Origin: Octopus sinensis
Taxonomy: Eukaryota
DNA length: 64,000 bases
Direction: 5' to 3'
Assembly (NCBI RefSeq): GCF_006345805.1
Contig: NC_042997.1
Span: 31,124,001 to 31,188,000 of the forward strand
Shown here: in pieces, positions 24,058 to 36,886 of the stretch
Numbering within the stretch: position 1 is the stretch's first letter
How the letters are laid out: the number at the start of each line of letters is the position of its first letter
Translations under genes and position numbers: made by a program
Notes under the pieces: model-generated
Databases searched by the model: none
Told to the model about the DNA's origin: nothing
The model's input: only the letters and a program-made list of their open reading frames with translations

Positions 24058-25055
24058 TTGTAAGATATCTTTGAAGCCGCTGTTGGCTTCTGTGTTGTTA
24101 TAGTAGGGGCTGCTTTATGAAATATTTCCTTTTAAAAGGAAAGATTAGATATCCTATTACTGATATTGTCTATCATGTTTTTAAACACGGAGAACACAAC
24201 TGTTTATGTATATATGTGAGTTTCTCATTTTGTTTATGTTAGGACTTATAATAGCGCGAAATTAAGTCTAGGCAAACATCTAAAAATTCAGTTGTGAACA
24301 GGCTAGTGGTTACAATAATTTTGAGGCGTCATTGATTACAGGTATATTTGATTTTTTTTCCTAAAATTATCGAGTGTATGTTCATCACAGTTGTGAAATA
24401 TGCCCAGACCATCGCAACGATATAGGCCAATATCATGGATGTGAACTTAGCTCTCAGTGTATCTTAAATATAAAGATCTACAAAAATCACAGTTGCACGC
24501 TTTTTTATAGAGTCCCTCGATATATCGAACAATTCACCTATATCGGAGGTTTTTTAAGCCCGAGCAAAGCTTTTACTGGATAGAAGATATTTTCTAGCAT
24601 GTATGATAAAGTCAAGGCCTTTGTGGTTAATATTTAAGCACTATCAGCTGTATATTTTTGCGAAATCAATAGCCTTATTTAGCAGCGATCTTGATATTGA
24701 GGCATAAAAATCTACAATATCAAACTGTTTGAATCTCACTCTATACTTATAAACCAACTTTCTAAACCAAACTGGGAAAGTGCGGCTATTTTCCTATTGC
24801 TGTAGTTTAGTAGTCTGCCTAGTTCTGATACTAATTTGCCTTAGTATGATTTTGGCAACTAAACCGATTTTAATCCTCGCTGGCTTTTAAAGTCTACAAG
24901 TGGGCTTATTACTGAAATTAGGTTTGTGATCTTTTCGAATAATGAAAGCTTCTCTTTTAGCCAATCATTCTAACCTATCATCAATTTTACCTCGTTTAGA
25001 GACGAATCGAGCTTCGTCGTTAATATCATTGTATCTGTCTATATTAGATGCCAAA
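24058..25055 (-). mobile_element. Penelope-like element RT relic (KDHK-type, Nematis-like tentatively)
   Basis: Minus strand, with stops and frameshifts: [54 protein letters not shown]...QFDIVDFYASISRSLLNKAIDFAK...IIHARKYLL...LFDI.../DIGLYRCDGLGIF (catalytic YRDD mutated)...EFLDVCLDL...ISNRISNLS...AAP/YYNNTEANSGF. Confidence 0.85.
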
Positions 25056-25457
25056 TGTTATTGGAAACGATGTCATGCAGCAACTTTCTTTTCTTTTTCC
25101 GTTTTTGTTCACACCGTATCTTCCCGCTCCAATTTTTGCATAAACCTTCTCGTTTTCTTTTCTCGTGTTTTTTCGTGTACCAGAATCCTGGTTTTCAAGT
25201 AGGACTAACCAAGTGCACTGAGCTTGAAAGAGTGATGAGAGACATAAGGCACATAATATAAATCGGTCGAAATAACGTGTCTCCATGACATGAAACAATT
25301 AGTAGCTCATATTTTAATACTATGTACATTAAATGATGTTTATCGCTTACTGATAGAGTAGAGTAGCTATTTTTTATGCTACCTACAACGGAACTGTTAA
25401 ACTATATATACTTGATAAATACATGTATATATACACACTTGATATATATATATACAC

Positions 25458-25651
25458 TCTTTTACTTGTTTCAGTCATTTGACTGCGGCCATGTTGGAGC
25501 ACCACCTTCAGTCGAGCAAATCGACCCCAGGACTTATTCTTTGTAAGCCTAGTACTCATTCTATCCGTCTCTTTTTGCCGAATTGCTAATTTACGGGGAC
25601 GTAAACAAACCAGCGTCGGTTGTCAAGCGATGTTGGGGGGACATACACAGA

Positions 25652-25697
<46 letters not shown>

Positions 25698-25868
25698 CAT
25701 ATAATATACGACGGGCTTCTTTCAGTTTCCTTCTACCAAATTCACTCACAAGGCTTTGGTCGACCCGAGGCTATAGTAGAAGATACCTGCCCAAGGTTCT
25801 ACGCAGTGGGACTGAACCCGGAACTGTGTGGTTGGTAATAAAGCTACTTACCACACAGTCACTCCTAT
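25458..25868 (-). mobile_element. Family A SINE
   Basis: Matches 17590-17995 throughout. Confidence 0.9.
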
Positions 25869-26149
25869 CCAAATTCGAAGATAAATCTTTAAGCCCTTCC
25901 GAGACCTTACATATATATATACAGCATTTCATACCTGCTTATATAATTTTGAATATATATAATCTTATGTTTATCTTCGTGGTTATAAATAAGTCGATGA
26001 GCTGTGCAATTGGTCACTCTTTCTACGTAACTGTAACTAAATTGTCGAAGATTCTACCTTCAGCGTAATCCTTGCCTTGATTAGAAGGATAGTAAAAGAT
26101 GATCAACAATTTGGTCAGCGTGTTTTCATTGCATCTGATGTTCTTAAAA

Positions 26150-26420
26150 ACATATGCAGCTTCCACCATTATATTAGTGATCCCAGCTTCTGTGAGAGAT
26201 CTAAAGCTCCTACAATCAGACCTACTTCAGAGATATCCTATTGTAGTCCACAAAGACAAGGCATAACAGGACAGTCTTTGATGTAGTGTAAAATGCTTGG
26301 TCTACCACCAAACCATTCACTACCACTTAGTAAATTCCGTTTCCTTCCCTTCACTGATTCTGCTTAAATTTCCGACATGATTATAATCAAATTCAGACAT
26401 CCGCTACTCCATTTCTTTCT
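26150..26420 (-). pseudogene. Heavily decayed RTE-like RT fragment
   Basis: Minus strand VDQAF/TLHQ (26278-26305) followed by LCLVFVDY (26243-26266) recalls RT motifs DQxFTLxQ...LCLxFVD; the rest is unalignable by eye. Confidence 0.35.
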
Positions 26421-26736
26421 TTTAATTCTCTCTCCTGATGAAACATAAACAGTCCGAAACATACGTACATTCAAAGACTATTTACTTTATTATTCCAGCT
26501 GCAAAGTAATATATCAATTTTACATTCCTGTTATTCGTTAAAATGCGTTGTTTTAGAAATAATTCTTCATATAGAGGTATACACAAATACATACATACAT
26601 ATATATATATATGCATACACACACACTCGCACACATATATTATAGACATATATTTAGATATAGAGATATGTATATACATATGTATGTATGTGTGTGTCTA
26701 TCTGTATATACATGCATGCATATATGTATGTATATA

Positions 26737-26768
<32 letters not shown>

Positions 26769-26882
26769 ACGAGGAGGCAGCCACCATGTATATATATATA
26801 TACATACACATGTAGTGGCTGCCCCCTCGTTATCGAGTATGGCCATTGCACGAAGCTTAATCAATGTTGTTATCGTGCAATA

Positions 26883-27343
26883 CCTGCGTAAGAAGATTTT
26901 TTTAACGCGAGGAAAGGCTGTGCACTGAGTCAATCCCACTCACTAAGCAACAGCAGCCATAATCCGAAAAGAAGAACAAGTCAACATCATCGGTAACTAC
27001 TGAGCTGCAGGTTTTATGTCGGAGTTATCCCAGTTACCTCAGTTACCTTCTCCTAGAAGGATGCCCTAACAAAGGCTAGGAGTCCTTCACTCCCAATGGT
27101 TTAACCGCGCGATCGGGTATTCAGTCCGATTATTTCTATGTCCCCGCGCCTGATACAGCCTTAAGACATTTATTGGATAGCCGTTGACTCTCAAGAGTTC
27201 CTCCGCCCTTCGACAGGTGTCCAATAAACACCCTCCTCATCAAGCAAGCTTGGTGGGGTTGCCAGTTTAGTCGCCGACGACCCGACCATGCAACAGGTTG
27301 TACTGGGTTACATGTTACCAGTAGCACTCGAAAGTGACCTGAC
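26883..27343 (-). mobile_element. RTE-like 5' UTR or derived non-autonomous element
   Basis: Minus strand ...tttgttagggcatccttctaggagaaggtaactg resembles the ctaggagaagg motif of RTE 5' UTRs (recall, not search); begins at a TA run. Confidence 0.45.
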
Positions 27344-27463
27344 ATATATATACGTGCATACATACATGCACACACTCACACACACACACACGCACACACA
27401 CACACACACACTTATATATATATATATACACACACACACCATATGTATATATATATCGCTATG

Positions 27464-27672
27464 GTTGTTTATGTCTTTGTGCCACAGTTTGAAAGCCGGT
27501 GTTGGTGTGTTTACGTCTACCTTACCTAGCGGTTTGGCGAAAAAGAAACCGATATAAAGCATACCAAGCTTAGAATAAAAATATGGACTGGGGTCGATTC
27601 ATTCCACTAAAACTCTTCAAAGCGGTGCTCCAGCGTGACCGGTCTGGTTACTGAAACAAGTAAGGGATAGAA
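27464..27672 (+). mobile_element. Family A SINE 3' half, old
   Basis: gttggtgtgtttacgtc...ggggtcgattcattccactaaaactcttcaaagcggtgctccagc. Confidence 0.7.
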
Positions 27673-28138
27673 TAAAAATACAACTATCTATCTATCTGTC
27701 TGCCTGTAAGTCTCTCAGTCTGTCTATTGAGAGAGAGATAGAGAGAGAGAGAGAGAGAAAGATGATCGAAAGATAAGCATGATTGTCGAACAAATGTATA
27801 AATATATATATAAAATACTTGTATAATGAATGCGCGTTAATAATATACATCGTGGCGTGTATGTATACACGCATACGCACACCAGCAGATATAGGTATGC
27901 ATGCGTGAGTACGTAAAGATATTCGTGTGTGTCAACACAAGATTATTATATCATATATTCTTATTTCAGTATTTCCCTCATTTAAGCTCCGTCAGCAGGA
28001 GATAATAGAAATAAAATCAGGATTTACGGCAGGCGTTAAATCTATTTATTTTTCCTCTAAACTTTCTGTAAATCACCACGCAACAGTCTTAACCAACTTT
28101 AGACACTCGCGCACAAACTTATGGCATGCATCACTATA

Positions 28139-28229
<91 letters not shown>

Positions 28230-29077
28230 TATAAATAAATATATATATGTACATATATATGTATATATTTATATATATGTATATATATGTATATATATAT
28301 ATGTATATATATATGTGTGTGTATATAGATATTAATGTATATATATAAGTATATAGATATATATGCATGTAGATTTATATGTATTATATATATATATATG
28401 TGTGTATATATATACGTATATATATGTATATAAATATATATATGCATAATATATATGTATATATGTATATATAATATATATATATTATATATATATAATA
28501 TATAAATATAGGTATGTATTTGTGTATGTGTGTATATATATATATATTTAGGCATACACATATATGTATATTTGCATGTACATGCATATTTAAATATATA
28601 CATGCACATAATCATATACGTGCACGCGTGTATATGTGCATGTGTGCGCGCGTACGTGTATATGTGAGCACGAATGTATATACAGATATGTTTATTTCTT
28701 TGTGTTGTCCATCGAATCCAGAGATGGCCAGATTTTACTTATATCCACATATATGCTCCTATGCACGTATGTATATAATCACGTTCGTAGCTAATAGATA
28801 TATATAACATATATATGTGTATACATCAGTCTATCAATTTACGAGTGAAGGTAAGGAAAATCAATTTATATTGTCGCACCTGCGAAGTCTTGTGTATGTA
28901 TTTGTGTATGTGTGTGTGTGTGTGTGTGTGTTTGTATGTATGTGTTTGTGTGTATGTATGTGTGTGTGTGTTAGTGTTCTCTGGGATTTAAATTCTGAGC
29001 AGAACTGAAGCCGGTCACTAAGTGACAAGATTTTGTGTATGTATGTATGTATGTATGTATGTATGTATGTATGTATG

Positions 29078-29108
<31 letters not shown>

Positions 29109-29559
29109 GAATGATATATGTTGTATGTATGTATGTATATATGTATGTATATATGTTTTTTTATATATATATGTATGCATTGCATGTGTCTTTTAAACCC
29201 CAATTCAGTCTTAAGAATGTTCAGTAATTTGGAATCGAATGTGTCATATGTGTATGTAGATATATCGTCTATATTCTGTCATGTCTATGGTTTTATGTAT
29301 CTTCTAATTTTACTGTGTTTGTGGGTGATTATATTACGCTTCTGCTTTTGTTTTTATGTTTATCAATGTATTTGTGTGCGTAGGTTTTCGTGTTAATTCT
29401 TGTCACAAAGTAAATACCTTGTGTGTTTCGTTCTCGCTGACAGATCCTGGGATATGCTAACACATAAGAAAGCAATTTAGCACCATTTTCTTTAGAGGAT
29501 ATCCTCGCGTTATAAATAACTTAACGCACGTACACACCACACATCAATTGCGCACGATA

Positions 29560-29915
29560 AATACCATCACCACCACCACCACCACCTCCACCTCCACCGC
29601 CACCGCCAATTCCACCACCGAAACCACCATTCTTGCTATGACGACAGCGACAATGACGAAGAACACCATGACCACCACCACCACCACCACCACCACCACC
29701 ACTAGCACCACCACCACAACTAGTACCACCACCACCACCACTACCACCACCACTACCAACACCACCACCACCACCATCACCACCACCACCATCACCACCA
29801 CCACTACTTCCACCACCATTACCACCACCACCACCACCAGCAACAACAAAATGAACAACAACAACAGCAACCAGTGATACCACTATTGTCACCTCACCAC
29901 CATCACCACTAACAA
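29560..29915. repeat. Degenerate (CAC/CAA)n triplet array
   Basis: Seen directly; source of the poly-G/V/T ORFs. Confidence 0.9.
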
Positions 29916-30095
29916 GGAAGCCTGAACGTAGTTTCTCGGCTCGTAAGAAGTTGCAGCGAAATATCACTCAAATCGGTGATTTTCAATCGTGCGCCATATG
30001 ACCCTTGGGGTGGGGGTCCATATAAGATTGTGCTGTTAAAATTTATGTGCACTGTTATGCTTCTACAATACACAAAATAATTTGATTTTTTATAC

Positions 30096-30693
30096 AAAAT
30101 GGCGCCGTGGCTGTGTGGTAAAAAATTTGATTCCCAACCACAAAGTTCTGGATTCGACTGCTGGCGCTTTGGACATGTGTCTCTTACTAATAGCCTCGAG
30201 TCGACCAGCATTGTTCGGGGTCCAGTCCCACAGGGTGGCACCTTCGTTAAGTGTTTTCTACTATATCCTCGGGCCGACCAAAGCCTTGTGAGTGGATTCG
30301 GTAGACGTAAACTGAAATACACCCTCTCTTCTATCGTTTCTTTTTTCAAAAAAAAAAAAAAATGTTTCTCCCAGCGTTTACTATTTTCCTCTCGTTCTGG
30401 TCAAACGACCTTCCATGTTTATTTTCGTTCGGTTTCATTGTATATCTCCACTGTCCTGTTTTTGTTCCTAGCTTTGACTCTCCATGAATGCAAAATTTTA
30501 TTTCAGAATTTATGGGAGCAACTGTCTTTGAAGATTCATATTGTCGTTGAATGCTCGAAATGAGGAGTAGATAGACAACCGAAAACTGATGAAAGGTCCT
30601 TTCTCTGTGTTTACTTGTTCTGTTTTCCATTTTTTCTCGTTGTTTACGTATTTCATATTATTTGCAGCGTTGGTGTCGTCCTGTACCCATATA

Positions 30694-30747
<54 letters not shown>

Positions 30748-30990
30748 ATTATATATATATATATATTATATATATATATTATATATATATGTGTGTGTGT
30801 GTGCGCGCGTGTGTTTGAGGGCTACCACCATTTGACAACTGGTTTTGGTGTGTTTACATTCCCGCGAATTAGCGATTCGGCAGAAGAAACCGATAGAATA
30901 AGTACCAGGTTTTACAAAAGCATAATAATTACTGGAGTTGATTCGTTCGACTAAAGACTCTTTAAAACAGTGTCCCTGCGTGGCCACAGT
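30096..30990 (+). mobile_element. Family A SINE with head (30096-30318) and tail (30806-30990) separated by an insertion and (TA)n
   Basis: Both halves match family A. Confidence 0.7.
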
Positions 30991-31259
30991 CTAATGGCTG
31001 AAATGAAAAAAAATGGTACTTTCCAAATAATATTTAGTTATAAAAGTGCCGTAAGAATTAAAGGGGGTTCTTAGGAAAAAAATGGCAGGGAACCAGGCTC
31101 TTAAGTCATTTCGTAATGTCTTAAAACGAAACGTAATTCTGAAATTGGGATTTTTTAAATACACCAATCGTATCTAAATAATAAAGATAGTATTCTTATA
31201 ATTGGAGCGTCGTTGATCACGAGTCTACTTGTTCATGACTGACCTGGGGCTAGAGCCCT

Positions 31260-31627
31260 CTTCCTCCACCACCACCACTACTACCATCACCATCACCATC
31301 ACCACATCCATCAACAGTAGCAACAACAGCAGCAGTAGCAACACCAACAGCAACAACAAAAACAACACAAAGCACCTACAATAACGACGTCTGTATATAC
31401 TGTCGCTTGACCTGCTGTGAATACCTTCAAATCTAATGTCAAAATTAAATGGAAGGACACATTAGAGTTTGTAATCCTAGGTGTGACAGCCATTAAAATG
31501 CAGGTTGGGTTTTGTCGGGACTGTCTTTAGTCATAGATAATGTCATCGTTCATAAGGTATTCTATGTTAGAGATGACATGAGACTCGAACAAGAATCATC
31601 ACCGTCGCCACCACCATCACCACCACC

Positions 31628-31658
<31 letters not shown>

Positions 31659-31826
31659 GCACCACCACCATCACCACCACCATCACCACCACCACCACCA
31701 CCACCACCACCACCACCACCACCACCACCAAAACCACCATCACCACCACCATCAACTACAACAAAAAACCACTGTGCATTACTTCTAATAAACTTGTTGC
31801 TGATTTCGTTACTACTACTACTACTG

Positions 31827-31862
<36 letters not shown>

Positions 31863-31874
31863 TACTACTACTGC

Positions 31875-31906
<32 letters not shown>

Positions 31907-32159
31907 CTGCTACCTCGTCGTTATCATTACTAATCATAATCATCATTATCTGCATCGTGGATAGGTCAGATCATCATCATCATCATCATCATCATCGTCT
32001 TCGTCATCATCATCATCATTATCATCGACTTCGTCATCATCATCGTCATCATCATTATCATCGTCTTCGTCATCATCATCGTCATCATCATCATCATCGT
32101 CTTCGCCATCATCATCATCATCATCATCATCTTCATCGTCTTCGTCATCATCGTCTTCG

Positions 32160-32191
<32 letters not shown>

Positions 32192-32210
32192 GTCGTCTTC
32201 GTCATCGTTA
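31260..32210. repeat. Compound triplet arrays (CAC, CAA, CAG, CTA, CTG, CAT/CGT)
   Basis: Seen directly. Confidence 0.9.
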
Positions 32211-32771
32211 TGTTTCTGTTCATGTTGTTTCTTAGAGGTTCCTGTAATTGGTTTTTGCTGACACACGAACGCATGTTAGTATAAAGAATTACATCACCGT
32301 CGCCGAAACCGACCCTCTTCACACACCTATATACAACACATCTATCTTCACCCACTTCACTCCTCACTTCCCACCTAAAATAAAAGGCAGAAAGAGAGAA
32401 CGAAAGCGAGAACGAAAGGGCGAAAAGTAAAGAAAAGAAGGAAAGGAAAAAAAAGAAAAAGACATATTGAGACAAAATTGAAAAGAATCACGGAAAGACT
32501 GCCAGATAAGATTGCATCATTATTTCCAAGTTAATGAGCGAAACGTTGTTAGTAAATATAGCCACTATTTGCTTAATCTTACATCATTATTTCGCCTTGT
32601 CATCGCTGTGGATGTTAAGACGATTAGAAAGAAAAAGAATAGAAAACCAATAGTGATCTGTGGAAGATTTGTGCTTCCCCAGCCACCGTCATACGAAATC
32701 CTTCTATAAATTCAAATGCACGATGTTTTGTTGATATATATGTTGGTTTTTATATATTTTTTTTATTTTGC

Positions 32772-33640
32772 TGGCTGTTGGAGGCGGTGAGCTGGCAGAA
32801 CCGTTAGCAAGCCAGACAAAATGACCATTGGCGTTTCGTTCATCTTTACTTCCCGAGTTCAAATTCCGCCGAAGTCGAATGTGCGTTTCGTCCTTTCGGC
32901 GTCGATACAATATGTACCAGTTGAGAACTGGGCTCGATGTAACAGACTGATACCCTCTCCTGAAATTACTGGCCTTGTGCCAAAATTCGATAGCAACATA
33001 ATGGACGGTTGTTAAAGGTGGCGATCTGACGGAACCGTTAGAACGCCGAACAAAATCTCTACCGGCATTTTGTCCGTCTATATGCCCTGAGTTCAAATTC
33101 CGCCGAGGTCGGTTGTGCCTTTCATCGTTTCGGAATCGAAGAAAAAAGTAGCAGTTGAGTACTGGGGTCGATGTAACGACTTTTCCCCTCTCCCAAAATT
33201 GTTGGCCATGTGCCAAAATTTGAAACTAAATATAGATGGCTGTTGAAGGCGGTATCTAGCTGGACCATTATCACGTGGTGAAAAATGCTCAGCGGCATTT
33301 CATCCGTTTTTACGTCCTGGGTTCAAATTTCACCGAGGTCAATCGCTCCTTTCATAGCTTCTGCATCGATAAAATAAGTACCAGCCAAGTACTGGAATCG
33401 ATGTAATCGACTTCCCTTCCCTTCTAAAGCTGCTGACATTGTGCCAAAATAGGAAACCTTATAATGGATGACTGAAGTGCAGTGGATTGATAAAATCATT
33501 GAGACTCCTAAAAGAATACAAAGCTGTACATAAAAAGCTGGAAAAGTATATTCCAGTTCTTAACTTTCTGAGTTCAAATCTCGCCGAGATTATCTTTGGC
33601 TATCATCGTTTCGTGGTTGCTAAAATGAAGTACTAGTCAA
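32772..33640 (+). mobile_element. Old tandem array of four Meta-like SINE units, period ~230 bp
   Basis: Units start near 32772, 33006, 33237 and 33465, each with a similar linker (tggctgttg(g/a)aggcgg). Confidence 0.8.
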
Positions 33641-33644
33641 ATAT

Positions 33645-33856
33645 TCTTTTCTACTCTAGGCACAAGGCCCGAAATTTTTGGGGAGGGGGCGGTAGATTAG
33701 ATCTACCCCAGTACGCAACTGTTATTTAATTTATCTATCCCGAAAGGATGAAAGACAAAGTCGACCTCAGTGGAATTTGAACTCAGTACGTAAAGACAGA
33801 CGAAATACTGCTAAGCATTTAGTCCGGCGTGCAAACGTTTCTGCCAGCTCACCGCA
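33645..33856 (-). mobile_element. Meta-like SINE inverted relative to the array
   Basis: cccgaaaggatgaaagacaaagtcgacctcagtggaatttgaactcag...ttctgccagctcaccgc. Confidence 0.85.
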
Positions 33857-34624
33857 ATGCTTTGATGAAATATTATCATTTCTGTTCTAGTTAACAACGC
33901 AAATGAAATGTTTTATTCTGTGGTCTTCTCAACGAACTGTTCGTCTGTCTGCAAGACCTCAATCTTATAATAATTCTGCTTGCCACTCCGTTACTTAGCC
34001 CGTCTGTAACGCTTCCCCGTGATTAGTTGAAGAGGGAGAGAGGGGAGGAATAGGAGGGGTTGAGTGGTGAGGGACGTGGGGAGGAGTGGTGAGGGGAAAT
34101 GAGGAGGGAAGATAGGGGATGGGGGAGAGGGGAGAGGGATTGGTGTGGATGGGAGATACGGGATGCGAACGGGTGGGGAGATAAGAGAGGGGAAGTTAGT
34201 AGTGAATGAAATGTGTAATTTTTTTTACTGAGTTTCTTCTTCCGTTACTTAGCCCGTCTGTAACGCATTCATGTCATTAGTTGAAGTGAAGGGCGAAAAG
34301 TGAAAGAAAAAGGAGAGAGAAGAAGGTAAGGCGAAGAGTTAGATTGCTGTGTATTAAGTTTATAAAATTGTGCATAAAGTATATAAAGTGTATATATAAA
34401 GTGCATTAAGTAATCATTGTATTCCAATTTCTTTCACTTTTCAATGAGTAGCAGATGAGCGGCTATCTTTCTATATAGACACAAAACAGGCTAAGCTTCC
34501 AGGTTTTTTGGATAAACTTTTCAGAAAACCCCAATAAGTTTATCATTAATTCTATTCAATATTCACGTGTCCCGCTAGTAGTAGAATAAATTTTGTCAAC
34601 GTGAGCAAAGTCACATAAAATGAA

Positions 34625-35206
34625 ATGTCTGGAACAAGGACACAATACGTTGCCCAGTCTAGGAACTGAACGCCCAACCTTCGATAATGAATCCCACACC
34701 CAAACCACTTCCCCGCGTGCCTTTATTATTAATGTACCTGTATGTATAACTATACATACATGCATGCATATATACATACATACATACATACATACATATG
34801 CACATGCCTAAATATATACATGTATATATATATTCATACATATGTACGATTGAACTTACAATGGAAGAAAAAAAAAGTATCAGAACCGGGGCTTTCTTCG
34901 AATGCTACTCACACAATTAACTTTTCCTCACATACTAGGGTGCTTCACTCGCAGCTGCGAGATCATGGATTCGATTCTCAGACCGGGCGTCATGTTCTTG
35001 AACAAAACACTTCATTTCACGTTGCTTTGCGATCATTTCATCATCTGACATATGGCACATAGAATATCTGTACAGGTAATATAGATTTAATGGAGAGCGT
35101 GAGCTTATATAAACAGAAACGTTCGATCAATATAAACAAATCATCTGTGTGGTTGTTAGGAATTGCCAAATCCTCACGCATCGTGTAACGACAGGGGAGT
35201 TCATGA
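34625..35206. mobile_element. Two old CORE-like SINE remnants (34625-34720 minus; 34935-35206 plus)
   Basis: aacaaggacacaa (minus) and gttcttgaacaaaacacttcatttcacgttgc (plus) CORE-like segments with degraded tRNA heads. Confidence 0.55.
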
Positions 35207-35208
35207 TA

Positions 35209-36249
35209 TATCAGGTCATCCCATAAGTTCTGTCCGATTTTATGGGAAAGAATGCTTGAATCAAAGAACTTGCAAAAGATGGTTTGTAAAATACAGAAGT
35301 GGAGATTTCAGCTTTGAAAATGATGATCGAACAGGACGTCCAGTTGAGTTTGATGATAAGCTCCTTGAGGCATTACTTGAAGAAAATCCTGCATTATCAG
35401 TTGAAGAATTGGCAATAAAGCTTAGTTCAAACCATACAACTTTTCATCGTCATCTTCAAGAACTTGGAAAGGTTCCTAAACTTGAAAAATGGGTGTCTCA
35501 TGAATTGTCCGAAAGCAACCGCAAATCCCGAGTTGACATCTGCCCCTCTCTCCATTCTCGCGAACTCATTTCAGCCTTTTTGGATAGACTTGTGACTGGT
35601 GACGAAAAATGGATCTTCTATCGAAATGTTAAACGTCGAAAACAGTGGCTTGGCAAAAGGGGAAAAGCTCAACCACAACCGAGAAAGGAACTTCATGGGG
35701 AAAAGGTTCTTCTCTCTATCTGGTGGGATTGCAAAGGAGTAATTCACTTTGAATTGTTTCCACCTAATGCAACAATCAATGCTCAAGTCTACAGTCAGTA
35801 ATCAGAGCGTTTGAACCATGCTTTGAAGAAAAAAAGACCCGGTCTAGTGAATCGAAAAGGAGTGATGTTTCATCAGGCTAATGCGCGACCCCACACTGCA
35901 AAGATCACATCACAGAAAATCGAAGACCTTGGTTGGGAAAAAATTCCTCATCCACCTTATTCTCCCGACATTGCTCCTTCAGACTATCATTTGTTTGGTA
36001 GTTTACAGAATCATTTGGGGGACATAACTTTGGCAAGCCAAGAAGAGGTTGTAACTGACATTTCAGAGTTCTTCGCTTTGAAACCAAAAGTGTTTTACAT
36101 TGATGGGATTAAAAGTTTGTAAATAGATGGAAGGAAGTTATAGATAATCAGGGAAAGTATATTGAGGATAAAATTTCAACTAAATATAACATTTGATCAC
36201 TTGTTTTCTTAATTCAAAATTCGGACAGAACTTATGGGATGACCTGATA
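35209..36249 (+). mobile_element. Mariner (DD34D) transposon, 1041 bp, internally deleted and non-functional
   Basis: Perfect 29-bp TIRs TATCAGGTCATCCCATAAGTTCTGTCCGA (35209-35237; 36221-36249) with TA on both sides. Motifs WVSHEL, VTGDEKWIFY, FHQANARPH (D>A), YSPDIAPSDYHLF with 34 residues between the 2nd and 3rd catalytic positions. Stop at 35799-35801, frameshift near 36120, 5' UTR and N-terminus deleted. Confidence 0.97.
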
Positions 36250-36531
36250 TATACATATATATATTATGTGTCGGTGCATATATAAATTAGTCAGTAGTTC
36301 ATATATCCGAAATGACCATTACTTTCGCACAAATAAAGCGCTTAGCTGTAAGGGTGACACGACAAACTCAAATAGCAGGAAGTACATAACCTCTCTAGAA
36401 GTGGAGAGAGGATATAGTTGTAGAAAAGTTATGTGCCCCCAGCCATTTGAGTGTGGTGTGTTAGCTATCTAGCTAAGCGCTTTATGGTTGCGAAACCAAT
36501 GGTTACTCTGAACGGGCATAACAAACAACCT

Positions 36532-36641
<110 letters not shown>

Positions 36642-36824
36642 CATACATACACATACGTACATATATAGCTAGATAGCTAGATATATATGTATATATATGT
36701 TCAGCAGAATTTAGATTCAAATGAATATGGTACTTAAGTTAGATGCACCAGAATTTTGTATGGTGATGTCCATTATTATCCCATTATTATCCATTATCCC
36801 TTATTATCCCTATGTATATATATG

Positions 36825-36859
<35 letters not shown>

Positions 36860-36886
36860 ACACACACACATACATATATATATATA

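Noticed and set aside
31946-32266. Poly-Asp/Glu ORF as an acidic protein (for example a biomineral matrix protein)
   Set aside because: It is explained by a (CAT/CGT)n array with higher-order units, has no signal peptide or splice context, and similar arrays occur throughout.
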